Source: Bdellovibrionota bacterium (GTDB lineage Bacteria > Bdellovibrionota > UBA1018 > CAUJDS01). From it: a stretch of DNA of 32,000 nt. The DNA lies in NCBI GenBank assembly GCA_963169695.1, contig CAUJDS010000076.1, positions 14,452 through 46,451 of the forward strand. The letters are read 5' to 3'. The translations under genes and the position numbers were made by a program. Below, piece by piece: positions 21,068-30,510 of this stretch. The notes below the pieces were generated by a model. That model did no database searches. It worked only from the letters and a program-made list of their open reading frames with translations, and had not been told where the DNA came from. Position 1 is the stretch's first letter. The number at the start of each line of letters is the position of its first letter.

Positions 21068-21675
21068 TTTACAATATTCCGACGATTGGCAAGCCACTTT
21101 GACACGAAGAAAACTCCAACTAGTAAAATGGTGATCCAGATACCATACTGTGCTTTGCGAATGATTCGAATGACTTTGTCGACGTGCTCACCGAAGTAAT
21201 AGAGCGCATAGACAATCAATGGAACACTGATCAAGGCTGCAATTCCATCGTAAAAAATAAAAACACGAAAGCGCATATGCATCAGACCCGAGGTAAAATA
21301 AATGGGCGCGCGTAGTCCGGGCATAAAGCGAGCAGTGAAAATGAATTTATTTCCGTGAGTCCGAATCCGCTCTTTGATGACTCTTTCGCGACTAGGAGTC
21401 AGAAGGTTCTTAAATGGCCATCGCTTCAGTACTTTTTTTCCATAGGCCGCACCCAGCCAAAAAACAAAGCTATCGCCAATCAAAACTCCAAAAAGCGACA
21501 CCAAGACCATGAGGTGATGATTCGCCTTGCCGTAGTAGGCAGAAAGACCCGCCGCAAAGAGCGTCACGTCCTCAGGAATAGGTAGACCCAGCCCGCACGC
21601 AAGTAGGATGGCAAATACAATGAGGTAAGGAACAGGACCCTCGAGGCCCAATAGAAAGGTAACTAACTTATCCAT
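21064..21675 (-). CDS. DedA/VTT-family inner-membrane protein
   Basis: 203 aa. GLPIPEDVTLFAAG ... GDSFVFWLG..YG ... FIFTARFMPGLRAPIYFTSG matches the DedA family signature. Confidence 0.85.
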   Translation of the reverse strand: MDKLVTFLLGLEGPVPYLIVFAILLACGLGLPIPEDVTLFAAGLSAYYGKANHHLMVLVSLFGVLIGDSFVFWLGAAYGKKVLKRWPFKNLLTPSRERVIKERIRTHGNKFIFTARFMPGLRAPIYFTSGLMHMRFRVFIFYDGIAALISVPLIVYALYYFGEHVDKVIRIIRKAQYGIWITILLVGVFFVSKWLANRRNIVK

Positions 21676-21699
21676 GAGTTGATTCTCTGTTCTACTGGG

Positions 21700-22623
21700 C
21701 TATCGCCCTCTTTTCAAACTCAAAGGATGAGCTTCCGCATACTCCTTGGCAATGCCTTCATAGTCCAAGTGAGTATAGCGCTCCGTGGTAGCCAACTGAG
21801 CGTGTCCCAGAAGCTCCTGAATCGACCGTAAGTCCGCGCCATGATTCAATAAATGTGTTGCAAAGCTGTGGCGCAAAGCATGAGGCGAGAATCCTTTTTC
21901 ACTATAATTCAATGCTGTGTCATCAAGCTGTATCCAATAGCGGCCAAAGATCCGAGCCACACTCCTCGTGCTTAGGCGGTCACCACGGTAGTTGGTAAAG
22001 ACGGGCGCGCCTGATAAAGCGCCAACACGCGCTGCTAAGTGTCCCCTCAGGGCCCCAACTGCGGGCGCGCCAAGCGGTACCCTTCTGGATTTGCCACCCT
22101 TGCCCAACCGAACCAAGAGCCAACCCCCCTCCAGGTCTAAATCTCCCAAGTCCAAACCCACCAGCTCGGACACCCTCAGTCCCGCCCCATAGAGCACCTC
22201 CAGAAGAGCGCGATCGCGCCTTCCCAGTACCTTCTCCACATTAGGCAGGAGCATCAGATCAAGAGCCTGTTGGACCTTCAAGTAGCGAGGTAGGGCTCGC
22301 TCGGATTGAATTTTGGGCACCCTCGCGAGAAGGACCTGAGAAATCTCTTTTTTGCCTCTCAAAAATCGTAGAAAGGAGCGAAGCGCAGAAATCTTTCGCA
22401 CCATCGAAGCCCGTGACCACGGCGGCTGATGTCCATGGAGGTAACTTCGGATAAAATTTTCGGTTAAGCCGGCCCAGGGATCACTGGAACCGAGGCTTTG
22501 TCTGCTTAGCGCCTCCGTCCACCCCGCCAGATCCGATCGATAGGCACGCAATGTGTGGGCCGAAACCCCACGGTTTTTTTCAATAAAAAGAAGAAATAGG
22601 TCCTTTTGTTCTTCCAAGCTCAC
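21700..22623 (-). CDS. xerC: tyrosine site-specific recombinase XerC/XerD family
   Basis: AHTLRAYRSDLAGW (N-terminal SAM-like domain). Catalytic region LRVSELVGLDLGDLD...GKGGKSRRVPLG...HALRHSFATHLLNHGADLRSIQELLGHAQLATTERYTHL. GTG start. XerC versus XerD cannot be resolved by eye. Confidence 0.8.
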   Translation of the reverse strand: MSLEEQKDLFLLFIEKNRGVSAHTLRAYRSDLAGWTEALSRQSLGSSDPWAGLTENFIRSYLHGHQPPWSRASMVRKISALRSFLRFLRGKKEISQVLLARVPKIQSERALPRYLKVQQALDLMLLPNVEKVLGRRDRALLEVLYGAGLRVSELVGLDLGDLDLEGGWLLVRLGKGGKSRRVPLGAPAVGALRGHLAARVGALSGAPVFTNYRGDRLSTRSVARIFGRYWIQLDDTALNYSEKGFSPHALRHSFATHLLNHGADLRSIQELLGHAQLATTERYTHLDYEGIAKEYAEAHPLSLKRGR

Positions 22624-22654
22624 TGTGATAAATGCTAGCTCCTTAATACGAAAA

Positions 22655-24028
22655 ATGGAAACTAGGCAACCTGTTCACATCATCGGCGCTGGTCTCGCAG
22701 GTAGCGAAGCGGCCCTTCAACTTGCCGCACGTGGCGTCCCCGTGGTGCTTCATGAAATGCGCCCGGTAAAAATGACCGAAGCTCACCAAACCTCACGGTG
22801 TGCGGAGCTTGTTTGCAGCAACTCCTTTAAGTCGCGCACGGAACCTTCGGCTCCAAGCATCCTGAAGCAAGAACTCAAGGCCATGGGCTCTTTTCTTCTC
22901 GACCTGGCCTACCAAAACGAAGTGCCGGGTGGAGAGGCACTCAGTGTTGATCGTGATCGCTTTTCAGCGAGCGTGGATGCGAAGATTCGATCCAACCCAC
23001 TCATTGAGTTGAGTATTGGAGAAGTTCGAGAACCTTTTCCCGACGCGATCAACCTCATTGCCACCGGACCACTCACCGGTGAGAACCTTACGCAATGGAT
23101 ACAGAAGCAGACAGAATCCAAGCAGCTGTATTTTTACGATGCCATTGCCCCGATTGTTGATGCCGCAACGATCGACTTCGATGTCGTATACGGAGCCAAT
23201 CGATACGACAAAGGCGAAGTCACGGCCTACCTCAATTGTCCCTTCACAGAAACTCAATACCAAGCCTTCCTTGAAGCACTCCTTATGGGTGAGCAGGTTC
23301 CTTCCAAGAACTTTGAAAAAGAAAACTTTTACCAAGGTTGCCAGCCGATCGAGGCCATAGCCGCTTCGGGCTCTGAAAGCCTTCGCTTTGGACCCATGAA
23401 GCCCGTGGGGTTGATTGATCCCAAGACCGGCAGAATTCCCCATGCAGTTGTTCAGTTAAGGCCGGAGAATCTATCAAAATCCGCTTACAACTTGGTGGGA
23501 TTTCAAACCAAATTAAAATACGGCGAACAACTCAAGGTCCTTAGAAAAATCCCTGGACTCGAGAAGGCCGAATTTTTTCGATATGGATCGGTTCATCGCA
23601 ACACCTATCTGTGCGGTCCGCGGGCACTTCGCCCTGATCTTTCACTTAAGAGAAATCCAAAAATTTATTTTGCCGGTCAGATTACAGGAGTGGAAGGATA
23701 CCTTGAATCTGTCGCTACGGGCCTGCTCGCGTCTCATTTTATTTGGAATAGGCTAACCCAGAATGCGGTTGTTCCGCCTCCAGCTAATTCAGCACTCGGA
23801 TCATTGCTGAGGCATGTGCTGAGATCGGATCCTGATCGCTTTCAGCCATCAGGAATTCATTTTGGGCTTTTTGAAACACTGCTCTTTGACGATGTTACTG
23901 GCCTCAAACGAGACCAAGCAAGGCAGCGCATCTCTACACAATCGCTAGAAAATATTTTGACTTGGTCAAAAGAAGCTGGAGAGCCGAAATCGGCCCCCCA
24001 GCCCACTTCTGTTCAAACCTTAGTTTGA
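22655..24028 (+). CDS. trmFO: methylenetetrahydrofolate--tRNA-(uracil54-C5)-methyltransferase TrmFO (Gid)
   Basis: METRQPVHIIGAGLAGSEAALQLAARGVPVVLHEMRP...ELVCSNSFKS... and YFAGQITGVEGYLES are characteristic. The track ORF's 34-codon 5' extension overlaps xerC and is discarded. Confidence 0.9.
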   Translation: METRQPVHIIGAGLAGSEAALQLAARGVPVVLHEMRPVKMTEAHQTSRCAELVCSNSFKSRTEPSAPSILKQELKAMGSFLLDLAYQNEVPGGEALSVDRDRFSASVDAKIRSNPLIELSIGEVREPFPDAINLIATGPLTGENLTQWIQKQTESKQLYFYDAIAPIVDAATIDFDVVYGANRYDKGEVTAYLNCPFTETQYQAFLEALLMGEQVPSKNFEKENFYQGCQPIEAIAASGSESLRFGPMKPVGLIDPKTGRIPHAVVQLRPENLSKSAYNLVGFQTKLKYGEQLKVLRKIPGLEKAEFFRYGSVHRNTYLCGPRALRPDLSLKRNPKIYFAGQITGVEGYLESVATGLLASHFIWNRLTQNAVVPPPANSALGSLLRHVLRSDPDRFQPSGIHFGLFETLLFDDVTGLKRDQARQRISTQSLENILTWSKEAGEPKSAPQPTSVQTLV

Positions 24029-24838
24029 AAAGTGTACTTTCGCACGCTTGCTATTGAGCTTCATGAGATAAGCATTGATCTTATCTTCTTTGCTTTTCGA
24101 TGGCTTCACTGCCCGAACCTTAACTTGGTTCGGCACTTCCGTCACACGCGTCAACGCTGAAGCTTCTGCGGATGGCATTCTTGCAAATGCAAGAACTTGC
24201 GGAGTGGTGTTGCCCTTGAGAACATCACCAAAATCAGCAAATACGCCTAATCCACTTTGGCCTGCGCCCGTTCCAGTGAAAACACCGGCTACGCCGCGAA
24301 CTTTGCCCATGGTGAATTGTGGAAAAAGATCAACTCCACCAATCGCTTGTCCCAAGCCTTCTAATTCCTTGATTGCGAGTGCAGAACCAATGACCGCCAC
24401 TCCAGGTGCTACCGCCAAATAGACCTTTGACTTTGAGCTACCAACGTCAAAGCTGAATACTTCCGCACTTCCTGTTCCAATTGGAATCAAATTGCCGTTA
24501 GGCAAACGCGCATCACCTACTACTCGATCATTGATCGCTTGAGTAAGATTGACATCAACCGACAGCTGACCGCCGCCGCCAGCATTGGGCCGCAGAGCAA
24601 CGGTACCGTATTGTTTGCCAGGATGGCTTGCATTCATGATTGGCAGTTCAATCGCAAAAAGAACAATGCTCTTGGTGTCCAAGTCTGCATCAAGGCGAAC
24701 ATGTGCCTCGCTGTTCACGGTTGAAGCCACCACATTGGCATTGCGAACAATACTGAACCCTTTTTTTCCGCAACCACTTATCCATGCACTGCACACTACA
24801 AGCGTGACAAGAGCCACACTGACTCGATTTCGAAACAT
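24020..24838 (-). CDS. hypothetical lipoprotein (Gly/Val-rich, beta-rich)
   Basis: MFRNRVSVALVTLVVCSAWISG|C lipobox. No family recognised. Its 3' end overlaps the trmFO 3' end by 9 nt (convergent). Confidence 0.65.
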   Translation of the reverse strand: MFRNRVSVALVTLVVCSAWISGCGKKGFSIVRNANVVASTVNSEAHVRLDADLDTKSIVLFAIELPIMNASHPGKQYGTVALRPNAGGGGQLSVDVNLTQAINDRVVGDARLPNGNLIPIGTGSAEVFSFDVGSSKSKVYLAVAPGVAVIGSALAIKELEGLGQAIGGVDLFPQFTMGKVRGVAGVFTGTGAGQSGLGVFADFGDVLKGNTTPQVLAFARMPSAEASALTRVTEVPNQVKVRAVKPSKSKEDKINAYLMKLNSKRAKVHFSN

Positions 24839-25047
24839 TCCTAAGACCTCCAGATTTGCAGTCGCGACATTGCGAAAGCTAACTATTACTCGGAATATTA
24901 ACTAATTTTAATTATATTAATTCATCGCGTCAATCTATGTTTTTTTCGAGCATACTTAATTAAATCGATTTATTTTTTTAGCGAGATGGCAAGCCCCTGT
25001 TCTTAAGGGTTTTCTCATTGAGAATTGAATACCCCTGAGATACTCCC

Positions 25048-26007
25048 TTGGTCGTGCGACAACGAGACTGGATCATTTTATCGGGTAATTCCAACCATCC
25101 CTTAGCGGAGAAGATCTCCGAAAAGCTTGGCAAGACGCTGGCAAAGGCAGACGTCAAACGATTCTCAGACGGCGAAGTCTTTGTAGAGATTGGTGAAAAC
25201 GTCCGCGGCAAGGATGCTTACGTCATTCAAAGTACCTGTCCCCCAGTCAATGACAACCTGATGGAATTGCTGGTCCTTATTGATGCCCTCAAGCGAGCAA
25301 GCGCTAAGGAGATTTCCGCAATCATTCCTTACTTTGGTTACGCACGCCAAGACCGAAAGGTGGGACCCCGAACTCCCATTAGTGCCAAACTTGTAGCAGA
25401 CCTCATCACAGCGGCGGGAGCTACGAGAGTAGTTGCCATGGACCTCCATGCCGGTCAGATTCAGGGATTTTTCAATATTCCGTCAGATAATATCTTCGCC
25501 TTACCAGTCATTCTCAATTATTTGCGCCGGGAACTGGTGAGCCAAGGTGAGAATACGGTTATTGTTAGCCCAGACGCGGGCGGTGTGGAACGTGCGCGGG
25601 CCTACGGCAAGCGACTCCAGGCCTCAGTTGCAATGATCGACAAGCGACGAACCGGGCCCAATGTTGCCAAGGCGATGAATATCGTTGGAGACGTTAAAGG
25701 CAAGGTAGCCATCATCATGGACGACATGATCGACACTGCTGGTACATTGACCGAAGCAGCCCATGCAGTACTGGAGAATGGGGCTACGGATGTCATCGCA
25801 GTCGCAACACACGGAATTTTTTCGGGTCCAGCGATTGAGCGCATCAGTCAGTCTCCCATTCGACAAGTTATTATTACCGACACCCTTCCACTCAGCCCTG
25901 GCGCCTCCAATTGCCCAAAGATTATTCAGCTCTCCGTTGCGGACATCATAGCGGAAGCCATTCACCGCATTCACAATTACGATAGCCTGAGCAGCCTCTT
26001 TATCTAA
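25048..26007 (+). CDS. prs: ribose-phosphate pyrophosphokinase
   Basis: ILSGNSNHPLAEKISEKLG...RFSDGEVFVEIGENVRGKDAYVIQST...IPYFGYARQDRK...DLHAGQIQGFF...IVSPDAGGVERAR...IIMDDMIDTAGT are canonical Prs motifs. The start is non-ATG (TTG 25048 or GTG 25054), so it is uncertain by a few codons. Confidence 0.92.
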   Translation: MVVRQRDWIILSGNSNHPLAEKISEKLGKTLAKADVKRFSDGEVFVEIGENVRGKDAYVIQSTCPPVNDNLMELLVLIDALKRASAKEISAIIPYFGYARQDRKVGPRTPISAKLVADLITAAGATRVVAMDLHAGQIQGFFNIPSDNIFALPVILNYLRRELVSQGENTVIVSPDAGGVERARAYGKRLQASVAMIDKRRTGPNVAKAMNIVGDVKGKVAIIMDDMIDTAGTLTEAAHAVLENGATDVIAVATHGIFSGPAIERISQSPIRQVIITDTLPLSPGASNCPKIIQLSVADIIAEAIHRIHNYDSLSSLFI

Positions 26008-26624
26008 TGAAACTCATCGTAGGACTTGGCAATCCTGGCAATCGCTACCTCAAGACTCGCCACAACGCGGGATTTATGGCTGCTGATTTCCTCATTTCAG
26101 CCTGGAATGCTCATCGCGAGAAGTCTTCGCTCCCATTGGAACTCTATCGATCAAAGGTTTTGGGAGAAGACGTACTGATCGCCAAACCTCAGACCTTTAT
26201 GAACTTATCCGGCCAAGCCGCTGCGCCACTCCTTCGATTTTACAAACTCTCAGCTCAAGACCTCCTGGTCATTCATGATGAATTGGACCTTGATCCAATG
26301 GTTTTTCGTATCAAAAAAGGTGGCGGAACTGGCGGCCACAACGGATTACTCTCGCTCGATGAATCCCTAGGAAAAGAAAGTACTGGCTATATTCGCTTTC
26401 GAATCGGCATTGGCAAGCCCTCCACCGTTCAAAGCAGACTCCCCACCGAAGATTACGTTTTGGCGCCATTTTCTACGGATGAAGGCATCCTTTTTCAGGA
26501 GATCCTTCCTCATATACAATCCGCAGCAGAACTTTGGCTTCAGGGATCACTCACTCAAGCAATGAATCAATTCAACCAGAAAAAAAAGAACTCATCAGAA
26601 GAGGACGGAACTCATGGGATTTAA
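26007..26624 (+). CDS. pth: peptidyl-tRNA hydrolase
   Basis: [29 protein letters not shown]...VIHDELDL...GGHNGL. The ATG overlaps the prs stop (TAATG). Confidence 0.93.
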   Translation: MKLIVGLGNPGNRYLKTRHNAGFMAADFLISAWNAHREKSSLPLELYRSKVLGEDVLIAKPQTFMNLSGQAAAPLLRFYKLSAQDLLVIHDELDLDPMVFRIKKGGGTGGHNGLLSLDESLGKESTGYIRFRIGIGKPSTVQSRLPTEDYVLAPFSTDEGILFQEILPHIQSAAELWLQGSLTQAMNQFNQKKKNSSEEDGTHGI

Positions 26625-27714
26625 ATGCGGCATCGTTGGACTACCCAACGTCGGAAAATCGACAATATTCAATGCTCTCACTTCAGCTAAAGCAGAGGCA
26701 GCCAATTTTCCTTTCTGCACAATTGAACCCAATACGGGCATTGTACGAGTACCAGATCCTCGACTAGACAAACTTACGGAGTATTTCAAACCCAAAATCA
26801 CTGTGCCGACCAGCATGACCTTCGTAGACATTGCTGGACTCGTCCGAGGTGCATCCAAAGGCGAAGGTCTCGGCAATCAATTTCTTGCTCATATCCGTGA
26901 GACTCAGGCCATTGCCCATGTGGTTCGTTGCTTTGGCGATCCCAACGTGGTGCACGTAGAAGGATCGGTCGACCCCCTTCGCGATATCGAAACCATCGAT
27001 ATTGAACTCATCCTCGCAGACCTCGAAACGGTGACGAAAAAATACTCCCAGGTCGAAAAATCTGCCAAAACAGGCAATAAAGAAGCGGCCGCGCTCTATG
27101 GCGTATTGTCCCGCATCAAGCCTGCACTCGAAGCTGGATCCAGCGTTCGCTCTCTTGGCCTGACGGCTGAGGAAGAACTCATTGTCAGAGATTTCCACCT
27201 CATTACACTTAAGAAGGTTCTTTTCGTTGCCAACGTTGATGAAGAAGACATGGCTTCACCCGAAAAAAATTCCAATTACCAAAAGCTAGCTGCCCATGCT
27301 GCCAAGGAACGAGCACCAGTCGTAGCTATTTGCGGAAAGATCGAATCAGAAATATCAGAACTGGCCAACGAAGATCGCAAGCAATTTCTGCAGGAAATGG
27401 GTATGGAAGAACCTGGCCTCAACAAAGTCATTCGAGCTGGTTACGAAATTCTGGGATTACAAACCTATTTTACGGCAGGCGAAAAAGAAGTCCGGGCCTG
27501 GACGATTGGCAAAGTTTGTACTGCACCACAAGCTGCAGGCGTCATTCACTCTGATTTTGAAAGAGGTTTCATTAAAGCGGAAGTTTTTCATTTTGATGAC
27601 GTGATTAAACACAAATCCGAACAAGGAATCAAAAACGCAGGACTCCTTCGACTCGAAGGAAAAGACTACCTCGTCAAAGACGGCGACGTCATGCACTTTC
27701 GATTCAATGTGTAG
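26614..27714 (+). CDS. ychF: ribosome-binding ATPase YchF (Obg-like GTPase family)
   Basis: [23 protein letters not shown]...FPFCTIEPN...[22 protein letters not shown] and a C-terminal TGS-like end [18 protein letters not shown]. Confidence 0.95.
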   Translation: MGFKCGIVGLPNVGKSTIFNALTSAKAEAANFPFCTIEPNTGIVRVPDPRLDKLTEYFKPKITVPTSMTFVDIAGLVRGASKGEGLGNQFLAHIRETQAIAHVVRCFGDPNVVHVEGSVDPLRDIETIDIELILADLETVTKKYSQVEKSAKTGNKEAAALYGVLSRIKPALEAGSSVRSLGLTAEEELIVRDFHLITLKKVLFVANVDEEDMASPEKNSNYQKLAAHAAKERAPVVAICGKIESEISELANEDRKQFLQEMGMEEPGLNKVIRAGYEILGLQTYFTAGEKEVRAWTIGKVCTAPQAAGVIHSDFERGFIKAEVFHFDDVIKHKSEQGIKNAGLLRLEGKDYLVKDGDVMHFRFNV

Positions 27715-29602
27715 TAGCTTCTGGCGCAATCCAAAGCGTGCCAAAATCCTTGAGCGCGTGACCATTGAGGGATAGCTGGTACCAAAAATAATTCTTTACG
27801 ATGCTACGCACATAATTTCTGGTTTCGGAATAAGGAATTCTCTCAATAAACTCATCTAAAGTAAGTTTTTCAAGCTTGATATTTTTTAGCCATGACTTAA
27901 GTTTATTGGGACCCGCATTGTATGCCGCTAGCGCAAAAGGGACATTGCCATTGAATTGTTTCAAAAGCTTGGCCAGATATTCCGCTCCCAATTCAAGATT
28001 GAGCTCAGGATCATAGGCCTGACGCAAATAGAGATTGGCCCGAATATCGAGTGCCGTATAGGGCATGAGTTGGGCGAGGCCCATGGCTCCCGAACTTGAT
28101 CGGATTTCTGGGTCAAATGAACTCTCTTGCTTCACTAGGCTTAGGAGCAAAATGGAATCCACTCCAGCCTTGGCCGCTGCTGACTTAATCTCGTCCAAAT
28201 AGGGCGTGGAAAAGGTAATCCCCACCTGATGAGTTGAATATCCAAAGGGGCTATTTCTGAGAATAAGCTCGGTCAGAAAATCGTATGTCAAAAGGTGATT
28301 TCCTACGACATCTTGAAGCGTAGCAAGGTACATACAGAAGCCCGAAGAATAAAAAGACTTCACCTTCAGTTGATCAAGCTCTTTCTTCGCCAAGTCGAGC
28401 TGCTTTTGTCCAATCAGTTCTTCTGCACGACTTAAGTTTAAGAGATCTCTCGGACTTAAATTGGGGTCCGAAGTTTCAACCATTGGAAGATTAGCAGACA
28501 TAACCATTTGAGGATTTCTCCCCAATAGAAATGCGGAACTTAGGCCATAAAACGAAAGCGGGGATTCTTTTAACGTCAGCTTGAAGAAAAATTCTGCCGC
28601 CTTAGCATCCCCAATTTTTTGAAGGGTTTTACCAAACCAATAGCGTGCACGGGCCATTTCACTCGATTTTGGATAGGTTTTCAAGAACGCATCAAATCTT
28701 TCTGCTGCCTTCCAATAGGATTCCGAGAAGTAGAGAGAGAAAATTTCGTCCAAATCTTTCTTGTCACTATCGCCAACCGAATATTTTTTTGTAATTCTCT
28801 CATAAATAGGCAGCGAAGCTTTGTAATTTCTGGCTGTCGGATCAATCTCTAAAATTTCCTTTCTCTCCATTGAGTTTTCCGGATATTGCGCCATGATTTT
28901 CTTCATCCATGCCTCGCATCGAGCCGATCGAGATTGCTTACACAATCCGACATAGAAAGAAAGCGTGGATTCTTTGAGCTTGTAGACAAGTCTTCCACTA
29001 CTGAGTCTTTCAAAGGCCGTCTCGAGTTGGAATTGCGCTTTTTCTTTTTGTCTCAGGCTAGAATAAGCCTCTGCAATGCCCACTTCCCAATCGAAGGCAC
29101 GTTCTGCTTGATCCTCTAAAAGAGGTGACTCAGGTCTGTCTTTTCCAATCTCAAAAAGAAAACTCTTAGCGTGATTGAGTTCTTCGATGGCTTTGGCCCA
29201 ATTCTTATGAGCAAGGGAGTAACTTCCCATCGAACCATATACTTCAGCCTCAAAATAAAGTGCATAATCTCGATAGCGCAAATCGCGCTTAAGCTTTTCA
29301 CAGAAGACCAGCGCCTCGCTGTATTTTCGTTTTTTAATTCGGTCTCGGATCTTATCAATTATTTTGACTGGTTCACTTTTCTTGGCATAAACAGCATCGA
29401 GTGCGTCCTGAATGGAAACAGAAAAAGCGGTCCGTACTTCGGGTGCCTTCTTTTTTAGAAATACGTCCAGGCGCAGCTTTTCTTTAAACGCAGTAGTGCC
29501 AGCCGTTGCTGAAGCAAGCCAAAGAAAGGCCGTAGCCATGAGCAGAAATTTAGATTTTCTCCCTGGCAAGCTTAAGGTCGGTGATTGCACGCTGTAGCTC
29601 AT
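27704..29602 (-). CDS. slt: soluble lytic murein transglycosylase (Slt70-like: superhelical N-domain plus SLT catalytic domain)
   Basis: SLT domain [33 protein letters not shown]...[13 protein letters not shown] (catalytic Glu in QES). Long TPR-like helical N-terminal region. The start is uncertain: ATG 29602 overlaps the upstream gene by 53 nt, and TTG or ATG 29539 are alternatives. Confidence 0.85.
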   Translation of the reverse strand: MSYSVQSPTLSLPGRKSKFLLMATAFLWLASATAGTTAFKEKLRLDVFLKKKAPEVRTAFSVSIQDALDAVYAKKSEPVKIIDKIRDRIKKRKYSEALVFCEKLKRDLRYRDYALYFEAEVYGSMGSYSLAHKNWAKAIEELNHAKSFLFEIGKDRPESPLLEDQAERAFDWEVGIAEAYSSLRQKEKAQFQLETAFERLSSGRLVYKLKESTLSFYVGLCKQSRSARCEAWMKKIMAQYPENSMERKEILEIDPTARNYKASLPIYERITKKYSVGDSDKKDLDEIFSLYFSESYWKAAERFDAFLKTYPKSSEMARARYWFGKTLQKIGDAKAAEFFFKLTLKESPLSFYGLSSAFLLGRNPQMVMSANLPMVETSDPNLSPRDLLNLSRAEELIGQKQLDLAKKELDQLKVKSFYSSGFCMYLATLQDVVGNHLLTYDFLTELILRNSPFGYSTHQVGITFSTPYLDEIKSAAAKAGVDSILLLSLVKQESSFDPEIRSSSGAMGLAQLMPYTALDIRANLYLRQAYDPELNLELGAEYLAKLLKQFNGNVPFALAAYNAGPNKLKSWLKNIKLEKLTLDEFIERIPYSETRNYVRSIVKNYFWYQLSLNGHALKDFGTLWIAPEATTH

Positions 29603-30131
29603 CCTTTTCGGTAGCAGAGGTCCCGGGCAAAACCTTTTCTAGTCTTGCAATAGCCGCCGAGACTGCCTGCACTGAGCCTGCAGGATCCCGCTTGGAATGA
29701 CTAAAAAGCAAATCCACAGCCTCATTGTAAGACGTGGCCAAGTCCTGAAAATTATCATGTTTTCTAAAAGTAATGCGCTCCAACCGCCCCTTGCGTGCAC
29801 CATCGAGAGATTTTTTTAATTTATAGAGAGGACCAGCAATTTTGTGCGAAACAAAAAGACTTATCAAAAGCGTCAAAAGAATAAACACGCTGTGGATTGC
29901 GCTAAGCAACCAGAGGAACTCTGAGCGAAATGTCTCGAGGACAACGCTGCTTTCTTGACCAGCACTGTCAGCGACATAGCGCATAAAATATTCAAAAAGG
30001 TCGTAAATAATGAGAGGGTAAGCAAGGCTTAGCGCCAAAATCCAAGACACCACAAAGAACGTGAACTTCAGCTGAAATTTGCGATCGACCAGGAGCGAAC
30101 TTCGACGTTTCGCGTTAGTATTACCATCCAT
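29550..30131 (-). CDS. 2-TM HAMP-domain protein without recognisable output domain
   Basis: N-terminal RRSSLLVDRKFQLKFTFFVVSWILALSLAY (TM1). A second TM is LLSAIHSVFILLTLLISLFV, followed by a HAMP-like SHKIAGPLYKLKKSLDGARKGRLERITFRKHDNFQDLATSYNEAVDLL. Only ~45 aa follow the HAMP. Confidence 0.7.
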   Translation of the reverse strand: MDGNTNAKRRSSLLVDRKFQLKFTFFVVSWILALSLAYPLIIYDLFEYFMRYVADSAGQESSVVLETFRSEFLWLLSAIHSVFILLTLLISLFVSHKIAGPLYKLKKSLDGARKGRLERITFRKHDNFQDLATSYNEAVDLLFSHSKRDPAGSVQAVSAAIARLEKVLPGTSATEKDELQRAITDLKLAREKI

Positions 30132-30165
30132 GCGTTCAGATTCTATCTCAGGAAACTCTCAAAAG

Positions 30166-30492
30166 CTATTTTCCGGAAACGCGAAGGCGATCGGGCACTT
30201 GATTTTCTTTGCCCGTAGCCAAGTCTAGGACACACGCTGCGTCTTCGGGACGAAGCTTTCCTAGCCAAATTCCCTGTGGATAGATGACTGCGGCAGCCCC
30301 ATCCTCACAGATGTCTAAGCAGCCCGACTTTTGAGCCCGAACATCCTTACGTAAACCTCGCTTTATTACTTCGGCCTTTATTGCATCAAGCAAAGCCTCT
30401 GATCCTCGCGCAGAGCAGCACCCCCGGGGATTGCCTGATTCTCTCTGATTGGTACATATAAAGATATGAGCTTTCAGTTTTCGATCTGCCAT
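30166..30492 (-). CDS. thioredoxin-fold [2Fe-2S] ferredoxin family protein
   Basis: 108 aa. HIFICTNQRESGNPRGCCSARGSE ... SGCLDICEDGAAAVIYPQGIWLG matches the cysteine pattern of thioredoxin-like 2Fe-2S ferredoxins. Confidence 0.7.
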   Translation of the reverse strand: MADRKLKAHIFICTNQRESGNPRGCCSARGSEALLDAIKAEVIKRGLRKDVRAQKSGCLDICEDGAAAVIYPQGIWLGKLRPEDAACVLDLATGKENQVPDRLRVSGK

Positions 30493-30510
30493 GAAAAAGT
30501 CCTTAGTAAG

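Noticed and set aside
21700-22623. Tyrosine recombinase as a marker of a prophage or integrative element
   Set aside because: Its size and motifs fit chromosomal XerC/XerD. There is no adjacent tRNA, no direct repeats, no phage or conjugation genes, and no compositional break visible by eye.
22553-22654. 5' extension of the trmFO ORF overlapping xerC
   Set aside because: The conserved TrmFO N-terminus (FAD-binding GAGLAGSEA) begins right after ATG 22655. The extension would overlap the divergent xerC gene by about 70 nt.
24891-24960. AT-rich stretch with short palindromes (aatattaactaattttaattatattaattc) as a possible dif site or replication-origin element
   Set aside because: There is no match to the recalled dif core (…CATAA-TGTATA-TTATGTTAAAT) and no cluster of DnaA boxes. 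It is most simply the shared promoter region of divergent genes.
25001-25030. Weak hairpin plus T-run (gcccctgttcttaagggttttctcatt) upstream of prs, considered as a leader attenuator
   Set aside because: The stem is only 4-5 bp and I recognised no known regulatory RNA consensus. It cannot be distinguished from chance.
26005-26009. Absence of rplY (ctc/L25) between prs and pth
   Set aside because: The gene order varies among phyla. The overlapping TAATG junction shows a clean prs-pth fusion of reading frames, with no remnant or pseudogene.
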